Assembly (NCBI GenBank): GCA_030637655.1
Contig: DAOWGI010000017.1
Span: forward strand, 1-29,000
Direction of reading: 5' to 3'
Origin: a candidate division FCPU426 bacterium
Lineage (GTDB): Bacteria; Oederibacteriota; JAAXVQ01; JAUVAV01
Length of the DNA stretch: 29,000 nt
Under the pieces are notes generated by a model. That model saw only the letters and a program-made list of their open reading frames with translations. It made no database searches and had not been told where the DNA came from. Of the stretch, positions 8,998-17,732 are shown piece by piece. Position 1 is the stretch's first letter. Each line of letters opens with the position of its first letter. Both the position numbers and the translations under genes were made by a program.

Positions 8998-9139
8998 GTA
9001 GGGTCCGCCCCCCGCTTGTGCCCGTTTTCCGGGTATGTCGGCCCGGGCGGACACATAGGTCCGCCCCTACGGTTTGGATATTACACTGTGTTTTGTGCCG
9101 GGCGCTGGCAGATCACGGGCGCACTCAGTGCGCCCCTAC
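8998..9139. repeat. GTAG-family REP cluster with a nested 21-bp insert
   Basis: GTAGGGTCCGCCCCCCG[CTTGTGCCCGTTTTCCGGGTA]TGTCGGCCC-GGGCGGACACATAGGTCCGCCCCTAC (8998-9070) and GGGCGCACTCAGTGCGCCCCTAC ending at 9139. Confidence 0.8.
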
Positions 9140-9149
9140 AAGAATAATA

Positions 9150-10370
9150 TCATTGTACTGTTCTTAAACACTCCATGGCTTCCATTTTGGTCACCTTTTT
9201 GGCCGGGTAATAACTGGCCAGCACACTGGCAACCAGGGTAAAGATCATGGCAATCACATAGGCTTTTACCAGCCAGACGGATTTAATTACACCCATAACC
9301 GGCATGCCAAAATCCTGGTCCCCGAACATGGCATCCATATCAAATCCCACAAAGGCAAAATAGGAATTAAACAAAGTTCCCAGCACCAATCCCATCAGAC
9401 CACCGGCAATGCCGATTAAAGCGCCCTCGATCAGAAACAGATTGCTCACTTCTTGGTCAGTAAAACCCAGTGCTTTCATGGTTCCGATTTCACGCTTTTT
9501 CTCAAACACAGACATCAACATAGTATTGATAATGCCCACAATTGCAATGACCATAATCATCAAGACCAACATGTTTTGGAATTTTTGTTTCATAGCCATC
9601 AAGGCGCGAAAATCTTCGGAGAGTTTCTTCCAACTGTAGATATCACCTTCCACACCACTTAAAGCCGCTTTGATTTTCGGTTCGTATTCTTTCACCTTAA
9701 AAAAATCATCTGTCTTCAAGGCAATTTCCGATACATCCTGAGTATTCATAAGTTGCTGCGCTTCTCCCAGGTTGATAAAGGCCGAGGCTTTATTCACTTG
9801 TGGATTGGCTGACACAATTAATCCAGTAATGAGCACCTCAACTGAGGTATACATACCCTGCTGATTGCGAAAGGTCAGATAGGTCACATCCCCGAGTTGC
9901 AGACCCAAATCATCCGCCAACTCTTTTCCAATTATCGTCCCACCCGGTTCCAATGCTCCGGTCTTTACATATTTCTTTAGATTAAAGACTTTATTGTCAT
10001 CCGGACCAATTCCCACCGCCACCACCGGCATACTATCCACCCCATTATCCACCTCAGCTAAAAACAGTATACGTTCGGTGACATGGGTCACAAACTCCAG
10101 TGTCTTTATTTTTTCCTTAATGACCGCCACATTCTTTATATAGTTCTCTTTATCGTAAGGACGGTCTTCATCGAAATTCACACTTCTTATCTTGTAATGT
10201 CCGGTCTCAAAATCAATCACATTCTTGATTGATTCCTGGTCAAAACCGGACATGAGACAGGCAAACAGAATATAAACACCCACACCAAAGGAGAGAATGA
10301 GAAATGTCAGAATAGTTCTAATTTTAGAACGCAAAATATTTTTAAGAGCGAGTTTGAATAAGTAACTCAT
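9150..10370 (-). CDS. ABC transporter permease, FtsX/MacB/LolE-like
   Basis: ALKNILRSKIRTILT, INTMLMSVFEKKREIGTMKALG and SYYPAKK. ATGA overlap with the ATPase gene. Confidence 0.93.
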   Translation of the reverse strand: MSYLFKLALKNILRSKIRTILTFLILSFGVGVYILFACLMSGFDQESIKNVIDFETGHYKIRSVNFDEDRPYDKENYIKNVAVIKEKIKTLEFVTHVTERILFLAEVDNGVDSMPVVAVGIGPDDNKVFNLKKYVKTGALEPGGTIIGKELADDLGLQLGDVTYLTFRNQQGMYTSVEVLITGLIVSANPQVNKASAFINLGEAQQLMNTQDVSEIALKTDDFFKVKEYEPKIKAALSGVEGDIYSWKKLSEDFRALMAMKQKFQNMLVLMIMVIAIVGIINTMLMSVFEKKREIGTMKALGFTDQEVSNLFLIEGALIGIAGGLMGLVLGTLFNSYFAFVGFDMDAMFGDQDFGMPVMGVIKSVWLVKAYVIAMIFTLVASVLASYYPAKKVTKMEAMECLRTVQ

Positions 10371-11047
10371 GACTCAATCATCCCATCTCTGATTTTAATG
10401 ACACGCTTGGCATGTTTCATGATTAAAGGATCATGCGTAGAAAAAATAAAGGTCGCTTCCTCCTTTTCATTCAATTCCCTCATCAGATCCACAATCGCCT
10501 CTCCATTGACCGAATCCAGATTGGCAGTCGGCTCATCCGCGAAAACGACTTTGGGATTTTTTACCAAGGCCCGGGCTATGGATACGCGTTGCTGTTGACC
10601 ACCGGACAATTCCAAAGGCCTCCGCTTTTCCAATCCTTGCAAGCCGACTTTCACAAGTATTTCCAGAACTTTTTCTTTGATCTGAGCCGGACTAAAACGT
10701 TTCAAAATTTTCAAAGGCATTTCTACATTTTCAAACACTGTAAGTACTGGAATCAAATTGTAGGTCTGGAAAATAAAGCCAAAATTCTCTTTTCGCAAAG
10801 CAGCCAGCTCATTCTTGGTCTTGCCCATCAAATCCGTACTTTCCAGCAAGATTTGACCGCTTTCTGCCCGGTCAATGGTCCCCAAACAATTTAGCAGCGT
10901 AGTCTTGCCGGAACCGGATGGACCGGCAATGGCAGTGAACTCCTGTTTTTCAATGTTTATAAACACATTCTTTAGTGCCTGGAAATCAATTTTACCGGAA
11001 TGATAGGTCTTGTTTAAATTCTTTACTTCGAGAAGCATATGCATCAT
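10367..11047 (-). CDS. ABC transporter ATP-binding protein, LolD/MacB-like
   Basis: GPSGSGKT, LSGGQQQRVSIARAL, ADEPTANLD and STHD. RBS spacing favours the ATG at 11038. Confidence 0.96.
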   Translation of the reverse strand: MMHMLLEVKNLNKTYHSGKIDFQALKNVFINIEKQEFTAIAGPSGSGKTTLLNCLGTIDRAESGQILLESTDLMGKTKNELAALRKENFGFIFQTYNLIPVLTVFENVEMPLKILKRFSPAQIKEKVLEILVKVGLQGLEKRRPLELSGGQQQRVSIARALVKNPKVVFADEPTANLDSVNGEAIVDLMRELNEKEEATFIFSTHDPLIMKHAKRVIKIRDGMIES

Positions 11048-11081
11048 CTCCTTTGGGGGTTATACATATATTTCAACTGCA

Positions 11082-11108
11082 CGGGCGAATACATGGATTC
11101 GCCCCTAC
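11082..11108 (-). repeat. GTAG-family REP
   Basis: GGGCGAATACATGGATTCGCCCCTAC-type hairpin between genes, similar to 5064-5088. Confidence 0.75.
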
Positions 11109-11127
11109 GGCATCACATATAAAACGT

Positions 11128-12306
11128 TTATAATTTCGCCTCAGCGCGCAACAAAACAATATATTTCCCAAGTACCTCCCGGGAATACTGCGTGTCACCC
11201 ACACCGGTGGGAATCATCCATTGCAGACTCAGGTTCAACCCATCGGACAAAACCCAAGCCAGGGTATGCACGATCAGACTGCTGTAATCCTCAAGATTTA
11301 CAAACGCGTCCAATTGGAACCGGAAAAACTCATGCGGTGCATGCACCAGGTTGCCATACAAATAATAGGTATCCGTAAATCCCGCATAGTCCAATTGCGC
11401 AAAAGCGTTTAACGTATTGGTATTGGCATCAGTAGGGGCGACCGGCCGGTCGCCCCTACCTTCATTGCCATTATAATACACCTGCGTCCCAAGCAACCAC
11501 TCCCCCTCAAAAAAGCTGTAATCAAGTCCGAGTGTGGCTTCGGAATAGGAGTCCTGGGCCTGATCATTAAAATGATACGCATACGATCCTTGCACGCCCA
11601 GTTCCAGATCACCCTTAAAATAAACTCCGGCAATATTATCATCGCGCCCTGCCCGATTGGCAACCATACCCACATCAAATCCGGATAGATTGGTAAAAAT
11701 ACCAGTGCCCGCAGATACTTCCGAATCCTGCGCTTCCGGACTGACATAGACTCGCAAACCGGATAAATCCCCTAAAGGCAGATCATAGGAAAGCGCGACC
11801 AGACCGTCTTTGGTATAACTCAAATCCGAGACATTTATACTGGAATCAATCTCAAAGGGATTAAACACACCCAAATTGCCAAAACTCACATACGTCTTGC
11901 CCAAAGTAAAATCCCCGGAATCCGTATACCAGCGCACAAAGACGCGTAATACTTTGGCCAGAAAATAATCAGCATCCAGGGATAAGTCAGTGGGCGATTC
12001 ACTTGTGCCCGTCTTTTGGGTATGAATCGCCCCTACAGCATCACCGGTGTATAAATAGAAACGCACATCACTATAAAATTTCCAATCCTCCGCTTTTCTC
12101 TGCAGAATCAGTTTATTTTCTACAATATTATTAAACTGGGGCTCTCCCTCAGTGCCTATTAATACAGCATCATTGCGGATCGCGCCGGACAGATCAATTT
12201 TTGCCTGAGACATTACAGGCAACCATAATAATAGAATAAGCAGAGACGCGAATATAAGCAGAGACGCGATTAATCGCGTCTCTGCAGGTAATAACCAACG
12301 CAGCAT
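11128..12306 (-). CDS. Hypothetical secreted protein, probable outer-membrane beta-barrel
   Basis: Start reassigned to the ATG at 12306 (AGGAGGTG RBS). Signal-like N-terminus, alternating aromatic strands, FTLGK...SFG...FNP motif and C-terminal LRAEAKL. Lies between LolA-like and ABC genes and contains three REP palindromes. Confidence 0.75.
   Translation of the reverse strand: MLRWLLPAETRLIASLLIFASLLILLLWLPVMSQAKIDLSGAIRNDAVLIGTEGEPQFNNIVENKLILQRKAEDWKFYSDVRFYLYTGDAVGAIHTQKTGTSESPTDLSLDADYFLAKVLRVFVRWYTDSGDFTLGKTYVSFGNLGVFNPFEIDSSINVSDLSYTKDGLVALSYDLPLGDLSGLRVYVSPEAQDSEVSAGTGIFTNLSGFDVGMVANRAGRDDNIAGVYFKGDLELGVQGSYAYHFNDQAQDSYSEATLGLDYSFFEGEWLLGTQVYYNGNEGRGDRPVAPTDANTNTLNAFAQLDYAGFTDTYYLYGNLVHAPHEFFRFQLDAFVNLEDYSSLIVHTLAWVLSDGLNLSLQWMIPTGVGDTQYSREVLGKYIVLLRAEAKL
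11432..11459. repeat. Perfect 28-bp REP palindrome inside a CDS
   Basis: GTAGGGGCGACCGGCCGGTCGCCCCTAC, read through as GRGDRPVAPT. Confidence 0.9.
11990..12036. repeat. REP with a nested 21-bp insert inside a CDS
   Basis: GTGGGCGATTCA[CTTGTGCCCGTCTTTTGGGTA]TGAATCGCCCCTAC, read through as VGAIHTQKTGTSESPT. Confidence 0.85.
12258..12285. repeat. Perfect 28-bp palindrome in the signal-peptide coding region
   Basis: GCAGAGACGCGATTAATCGCGTCTCTGC, the same core as 7737-7762. One arm is duplicated 18 bp away (12237-12251). Confidence 0.85.
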
Positions 12307-12332
12307 GTCACCACACCTCCTGAAATAATGCT

Positions 12333-12447
12333 GTAGGGGCGATTCTTGCTTGTGCCCGTATTTTGGGTATGATCGCCCGCCATTTGGGTATGTCCGCCCG
12401 GGCCGACATACCCAAATGACGAACACAAGCGGGGCACGTGCCCCTAC
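12333..12447. repeat. REP doublet with two full nested 21-bp inserts and one partial
   Basis: GTAGGGGCGATTCTTG[12349-12369]TGATCGCCC...GGGCCGACA[12409-12429, reverse]CGGGGCACGTGCCCCTAC. Confidence 0.85.
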
Positions 12448-12451
12448 GAGA

Positions 12452-13195
12452 TTAACGGCGCAAATATCCCTTGGTAAACACCTTGGCCGGAACCTTGACA
12501 TCAAACTCAATCTCAGTAAAGGTTATCACAGTCTGAGAATTCTTTTTACGCATATCCTTGATAGTAATGCTAGTAGGCACCTGACGTATTCCGATCTTTT
12601 TTACATCTGTTTGACTCATTTTTTTCAGCAAGCGTCCGCCGCGCGCATAGAGCTCTATTTCCAGGGGAATAAACCAGTTTTTATCAACCACAATCACTTG
12701 TTTTTCATAAGTCACATCCGGTTTTTTAGCGATCAGTTCCACCACATAACAATCCCGGTCTCCCACTTTTTTATCTTCCAACAATTTAGCATCATATTGT
12801 TCATCAATGCTGTCATTTTCCAGCATGTCCTCATAGGAAATGTCCGAACCCATCATTCCCTGCCTAAGCATGTGACCGGATATTTTCATAATGTCATCAG
12901 CATCCGGAAAGTAAATCCAAAGCTCGTCATCCATTTTCAGATACTTCACACCTTTATCTTCCGGATTGGTAAATTCCATAAAAGATTTCATACCCTCTTT
13001 TTTACCATACCCGTAAAATTGTTTGGTTAAAGTGCGTTTGCCTTTGGTGATTACCATGGTGGCTGTGAATTTCTCAGTCACAAAGACTTGGTTCTTATCT
13101 ACTTTCTCAATAATACTTTTCGCAGTCTCTGAAGCCTGACTCATGGCCGGCAACAAGTAGAGCAATAAACTTAAGGTGATAACGTGTTTCAGCAT
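12452..13195 (-). CDS. Outer-membrane lipoprotein-sorting protein (LolA-like)
   Basis: Signal peptide, then FTNPEDKGVKYLK, LWIYFP and MMGSDISYED, typical of the LolA_like family; GGAGG RBS. Confidence 0.9.
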   Translation of the reverse strand: MLKHVITLSLLLYLLPAMSQASETAKSIIEKVDKNQVFVTEKFTATMVITKGKRTLTKQFYGYGKKEGMKSFMEFTNPEDKGVKYLKMDDELWIYFPDADDIMKISGHMLRQGMMGSDISYEDMLENDSIDEQYDAKLLEDKKVGDRDCYVVELIAKKPDVTYEKQVIVVDKNWFIPLEIELYARGGRLLKKMSQTDVKKIGIRQVPTSITIKDMRKKNSQTVITFTEIEFDVKVPAKVFTKGYLRR

Positions 13196-13215
13196 TTGAT
13201 TCCTCCGTTCATAAT

Positions 13216-13242
13216 GTAGGGGCGAGGTTACCTCGCCCCTAC
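13216..13242. repeat. GTAG-family REP abutting the receptor stop codon
   Basis: GTAGGGGCGAGG-TTA-CCTCGCCCCTAC. Confidence 0.85.
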
Positions 13243-15500
13243 TAAAATTCCCAGCGCATACCGCCGATAATCAAACGCGGAAGTTGGTTAATCTCCCGTT
13301 TTTCAGAATAATCGGTTTTGTATTGATAGGAATTTACATTCTGTACATTAAACAAATTCGAGACCTGAAGATAGGTATATCCACTTTCCAATCCAAAAAG
13401 CGGCATAGTCAATTTGATATCCGTTGACATGTAAGGAGGATACCGCTCACTGTTGTATTCCCCGAAGACAGGAATATATTCATTAATCGCCGGCTGGTAT
13501 ACAGCGCCTACGACAGGAGTATACAATTGGCCGGAGGCAAACTTCTGGGTTAATGCCAGTTTCCACTTCTCAGTAAAATTGTAATTGGCAATTAGGTTCA
13601 TAGTATGCGGACGCTCTGTTGAAGGCGCGTACCATTCCTGATACGGTGTATTGCTTTCCGGCATACCTAATGTTGCAGGATCTGTCCGTTGGTCAATGCG
13701 ACGCCGCGTCTTGAGCCGGCTATAGGTCAGCCAGCCATCCCACTTACCGCCAAATTCCTTTTTAATCATTACATCCAGACCACAGGCATAACCTCGTTCA
13801 TGATTGGTATAATTGATATCCGGATCATCATCCGACACAATGAGATTGCGATAATCTTTATAATAGCCATCCACCTGCACGGTAAAATCATCAGCAATAT
13901 TTATTTTGCCGCCCAAAATATAGTGAATGGCTTCCTCTGCCAATAAATCCGAGTTGCCAAGCTCATTATCAATTTGTTGAGCACTCAGTGGATACTGGCT
14001 ATAGATTCCCGAAGCCAAGGTGACTTCCCACCCTTCCTGGAGCTTCACTTTAAACATCAGGCGCGGATTGACCAGCCACTGGCTATTCGCAGTATAGTAT
14101 TGTACATTCATACTTGGGTTGGCAAACAATAAATCTTTAATAATTGTCATCTCATCCTGAAGAAACAGTCCGGCAAAATTAACCCAATCCATTTCCAGTT
14201 TGGTTTCTATTGATTCTTCATACCTGGTATTATTAGCCGTGGGGAGCGATATGGTTCTTTTCAAGTTGGCCTCACCAATAGCCGGAAAATAATACAGCCC
14301 GGTTCTCAATTTGTGTCCCTTGCCCAATTCCCATTGCCAGACATGGCGCAACTGCATAATCATTTGTTCCCGGTCCAGGTTGAACGGACTAAAGGAATCA
14401 TCAAAACTGAATTCACCCTGATTGTAATACACACCCAACAAGGTCAATACCGACAAATTCTCTGATATACGATAGTCTGAAGATACGCTCAGATTGACGT
14501 TCAGATTCGAATACATCAATTCCATTTCCTCGACATTGGCAGAACCATATCCTTCCTCCGGTTTGACAGACATTTGCATGCCCTCAAAGGAGTAAATGGA
14601 ATTGATGGCAATCATATTATTATCAAACGGCAGGTTGAGCTTGAATTGGCCATCGTAAAAAAACGGAAACACCAGGTTTTCATCCTGAAAAAAGAGACCA
14701 ATGATTAAATCATAATGCGTTCGTCGCAATCCCAGCATAAACGAACCGGCTTCCGGTCCCCAGAACGGCCCTTCCACAAAAACATCCAAGGTGGTGACCG
14801 AGAGGTCAATAAAACCTTGGTGTTGCTCCGGATTACCTGCCTTGTTTTTGACTTTAAGAATAGCGGACATGGCTTGCGGCCATTCTGCTGAAAATCCACC
14901 GGAATAAAAATCAATTGATTCCACCAGGTTGGGATTAAAGATGGATACGGCTCCGCCCCACAGATAAGGATGCATAATAACCATATCATCTAAAATGGCC
15001 AACACTTCATTCGGATCCCCGCCCCGAACAAAAAGCAGACTGGAAAATTCATGGGTTGAGGTAACCCCGGGCAACAACTGCACGACTTTCATCACATCCG
15101 GGAATAAGCTTACGGTAGTTTGCTTAATCACTTCCCGGCTTAGTTTCTGTTTACTGATTTTAATTAATTCTTCATCTTTTTCCGCCGTCACCACAAATTG
15201 ATCCATTTCATAAACATCGTATTCGTACAGTTCAATAGTATTTCCCGCTTTTTGCAACACCAGGCTTTTTTCCTGGAATCCGGCCAGTTTAATTCTTACC
15301 TTTGGATTTTCTGTGTCCAACCGAAAACAACCGTCAACATCGGTTAGCGCTTGCCGCCCCTGAGAATCTAGTATAACAGCATTCGCAAGCGGGTCCTGCG
15401 TGGTTCCATTACATACAGTGCCGGTATACGTTTCAGCCCATAGCAGCGCAGGAGCCAAACAGAAAAAAAAGAACATATATATAATAGTTAAAAACCGCAA
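13242..15500 (-). CDS. TonB-dependent receptor with N-terminal carboxypeptidase-regulatory-like domain
   Basis: TGTV...PLANAVI...TDVDGCFRL, plug motifs LLPGVT...VRGG and IDFYSGGFSAEW, LQVSNLFN and terminal MRWEF. Start reassigned to TTG at 15500 after GGAGG; the ORF-track extension is REP sequence. Confidence 0.9.
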   Translation of the reverse strand: MRFLTIIYMFFFFCLAPALLWAETYTGTVCNGTTQDPLANAVILDSQGRQALTDVDGCFRLDTENPKVRIKLAGFQEKSLVLQKAGNTIELYEYDVYEMDQFVVTAEKDEELIKISKQKLSREVIKQTTVSLFPDVMKVVQLLPGVTSTHEFSSLLFVRGGDPNEVLAILDDMVIMHPYLWGGAVSIFNPNLVESIDFYSGGFSAEWPQAMSAILKVKNKAGNPEQHQGFIDLSVTTLDVFVEGPFWGPEAGSFMLGLRRTHYDLIIGLFFQDENLVFPFFYDGQFKLNLPFDNNMIAINSIYSFEGMQMSVKPEEGYGSANVEEMELMYSNLNVNLSVSSDYRISENLSVLTLLGVYYNQGEFSFDDSFSPFNLDREQMIMQLRHVWQWELGKGHKLRTGLYYFPAIGEANLKRTISLPTANNTRYEESIETKLEMDWVNFAGLFLQDEMTIIKDLLFANPSMNVQYYTANSQWLVNPRLMFKVKLQEGWEVTLASGIYSQYPLSAQQIDNELGNSDLLAEEAIHYILGGKINIADDFTVQVDGYYKDYRNLIVSDDDPDINYTNHERGYACGLDVMIKKEFGGKWDGWLTYSRLKTRRRIDQRTDPATLGMPESNTPYQEWYAPSTERPHTMNLIANYNFTEKWKLALTQKFASGQLYTPVVGAVYQPAINEYIPVFGEYNSERYPPYMSTDIKLTMPLFGLESGYTYLQVSNLFNVQNVNSYQYKTDYSEKREINQLPRLIIGGMRWEF

Positions 15501-15517
15501 ACAGAACCTCCCCTCAT

Positions 15518-15580
15518 GTAGGGAACGGTCGCGACCGTTCCCTACCAATGGGATTCCCTTCGGTCGCGACCGTTCCCTAC
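15518..15580 (-). repeat. REP palindrome plus one 35-bp unit, inverted relative to the 18271-18403 array
   Basis: Minus strand reads GTAGGGAACGGTCGCGACCGAAGGGAATCCCATTG-GTAGGGAACGGTCGCGACCGTTCCCTAC. It supplies the TAG stop of the ApbE gene. Confidence 0.9.
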
Positions 15581-16584
15581 TTTATTTCCATTTCCTGAAA
15601 TCCGGAGGAATATATCCATTTCTTACCTTTGAGCAGAAGACCTTCCGCTTTGGGAATACTTTCCAGCAATTCCAACGCCTTTTCCGTGCCCAATAAAAAT
15701 AATACAATAGAAGGAATTGGATCCGGCTGCAGGTTGGACATAATAATCGTAGCTGCCTGCATAGTCTCACGGGGAAATCCGGTACGCGGATCAATAATAT
15801 GATGATATTTTTTCCGCCCGTGAGAAAACTCCCGGAAATAATCACCCGAAGTCAACACCAAGCTGTCCTCCAAGGCCAACTGGGTGATAATGGCACTTGG
15901 ATCTTCGGGATTTGAAATCCCGATTTTCCATTTCCGAATCGGCCCGCGTTGACCGGCCAGCACATCCCCTCCCAGGTTTATTAAATACTGATACACCTTC
16001 TGTTGTTTATAATAATCATCCAATCCGCGTAAAATCGCCAGCTTGGCAATACCACCCAGATCCAAGCGGATTTTTGAATTTTTGAAGATAATTCTTTTTT
16101 GCGCAGCATCCCATTCAACCTGCTGCATACCCACCTGTTTTAAAACAGAATGAACTTGCGGGACAGTAGGCACCTTTTCATAAGTCCCGCTTTTAAATCC
16201 CCACAATTCCCCTAAGGCACCGACTGTAATATCGAACAATCCCCCGGTCTTTTTATGCCAGTAGAAAGCATCATTCAAAATATCCGCCATCTCCTGAGAA
16301 ACATTCACCCAGTTCTTGGCTGCCTGTTGGTTGATACGAACCAATTCACTGTCCGCGAGACGATCACTGTATATTTTTTCCAAACGCGCGATTTCCTGAA
16401 AACCACCTTCCACCAGACGAAGTCCCTGTGCTTTCTTTTTTACCAATACAGTAACACTGACTTGCGTACCCAACATTGAACGGGTTTGCGTGACTTTAAA
16501 CCGATGAAAGACAAAAAATAAATATCCTGCCAGTATACCAAGAATACCTACCCATAGCATAATTTGACGCTTCTGGTTCACCAT
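15577..16584 (-). CDS. apbE: FAD:protein FMN transferase (ApbE family)
   Basis: LGTQVSV, DSELVRIN, TGGLFDITVGAL, DLGGIAK, NLGGD, TSGDY and HHIIDPRTG. N-terminal TM anchor; start at ATG 16584 (GGAG RBS, overlapping the upstream stop). Confidence 0.92.
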   Translation of the reverse strand: MVNQKRQIMLWVGILGILAGYLFFVFHRFKVTQTRSMLGTQVSVTVLVKKKAQGLRLVEGGFQEIARLEKIYSDRLADSELVRINQQAAKNWVNVSQEMADILNDAFYWHKKTGGLFDITVGALGELWGFKSGTYEKVPTVPQVHSVLKQVGMQQVEWDAAQKRIIFKNSKIRLDLGGIAKLAILRGLDDYYKQQKVYQYLINLGGDVLAGQRGPIRKWKIGISNPEDPSAIITQLALEDSLVLTSGDYFREFSHGRKKYHHIIDPRTGFPRETMQAATIIMSNLQPDPIPSIVLFLLGTEKALELLESIPKAEGLLLKGKKWIYSSGFQEMEIK

Positions 16585-17732
16585 TGAAACTCCAATCCAG
16601 CCAAGCTCTGAGTCTCTTTCCATTCCAAAAAACCGTTAAATGTTTTAGTCCAGCGTACATCCAAAAACAATCCTTCAGTAATCATCCAAATCAGGTTCAA
16701 CTCCGTATATTCGTAATGTTTAAATGCGCCCCATTCATCCTGGGGCTGTTCCGCATAAAGTTGTCCTTGCAGCCACAAGGTGTTTGAAATGGTACTTTCG
16801 ATTTTTATTCCCGGGACCCAGTAATTCCCATCCGGTGTATGTTTCAATCCCCAGGAAGGACGAATAATGAACTGTTCAGATAAAAAATTCATAGGAAAGC
16901 GCAGTGAAAAAAGAGTCTGCTTGTCACCTTCGCGGGAATATTGGCCCAAAAGCGGATTATATCCTTCGGCCATGAAACGCACCCGGGCCTGTAATGGAAG
17001 AAACGACCACAGCGGAATATCCAGACCACCAAACAAAGCCCAAGCCCCGGCATAAACTACTTCAGCCTGCGCATACCATTCATTGCTCCACTCCCAGTTT
17101 CCTTGCACACTCAGCGCTAAACCAGAACCAAGCTCACTGCGAGCAGCATCAGCAAAGACCGGTGAATCATCATAGGAAAATAACAACCCCAGTCGGCCGC
17201 GAGTAAAATTCAGGATTCCCGAAATCCCTCCATAACGAATATCCGCTTTTTGAAAAACCGAAGGCTCAAAAGCAGCGTAATAAAAAGCCGAAGTCTCCAG
17301 CCCGGACCTTTGATTATTATATGTAATGCCCAAGGCGGGATAATTTGCCAGCAACAAACCACTCCCCCAAGTCGATGTGGTATCGCGTCCAATTCGAACA
17401 GAGTGAAACGCATTATGATATTTTAACCACGGATAAAAAAGATATTGATAGGTTGCTCCCGAATACCATAGGACGCGTCCAAACAAACCGGCAGTCACTG
17501 TGGCCCGGGGAATTTCAATGTCCCATAAAGCTTCTATCTCTGTTACCGGCCCTTGTTCATTACTCAAGCGGGTCGCGCTGCTGACCGTATCAGACAACCA
17601 GGATTGAACCACTGTGGGATTAAAGAATTGGGCGCGTTTTTGGTATCCTTGTTTGACATATCCGCTCCATTCAGCAGGTGCTGAAAACGCGAAAAAACCA
17701 AGTATGAATAGAGTGAAGATGCTTTTCTTCAT
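16578..17732 (-). CDS. Hypothetical secreted protein, probable outer-membrane beta-barrel with a DTVSSAT motif
   Basis: Signal peptide, aromatic-rich alternating strands, terminal AGLEFQW. Translationally coupled to both neighbours. Confidence 0.75.
   Translation of the reverse strand: MKKSIFTLFILGFFAFSAPAEWSGYVKQGYQKRAQFFNPTVVQSWLSDTVSSATRLSNEQGPVTEIEALWDIEIPRATVTAGLFGRVLWYSGATYQYLFYPWLKYHNAFHSVRIGRDTTSTWGSGLLLANYPALGITYNNQRSGLETSAFYYAAFEPSVFQKADIRYGGISGILNFTRGRLGLLFSYDDSPVFADAARSELGSGLALSVQGNWEWSNEWYAQAEVVYAGAWALFGGLDIPLWSFLPLQARVRFMAEGYNPLLGQYSREGDKQTLFSLRFPMNFLSEQFIIRPSWGLKHTPDGNYWVPGIKIESTISNTLWLQGQLYAEQPQDEWGAFKHYEYTELNLIWMITEGLFLDVRWTKTFNGFLEWKETQSLAGLEFQW

Noticed and set aside
7770-11047. 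Assigning the symbols lolC, lolD and lolE
   Set aside because: The family is clear, but orthology to the true Lol system cannot be established by eye.
12307-12510. ORF-track N-terminal extensions (also 8976-9056, 15501-15548, 18248-18409)
   Set aside because: They translate REP DNA; better starts with an RBS and/or signal peptide lie downstream.
17450-17475. WYSGAT as a canonical flavinylation site
   Set aside because: It lacks the upstream Asp (Leu at that position) and probably lies in a strand-turn; DTVSSAT is the better candidate, although this site is not fully excluded.
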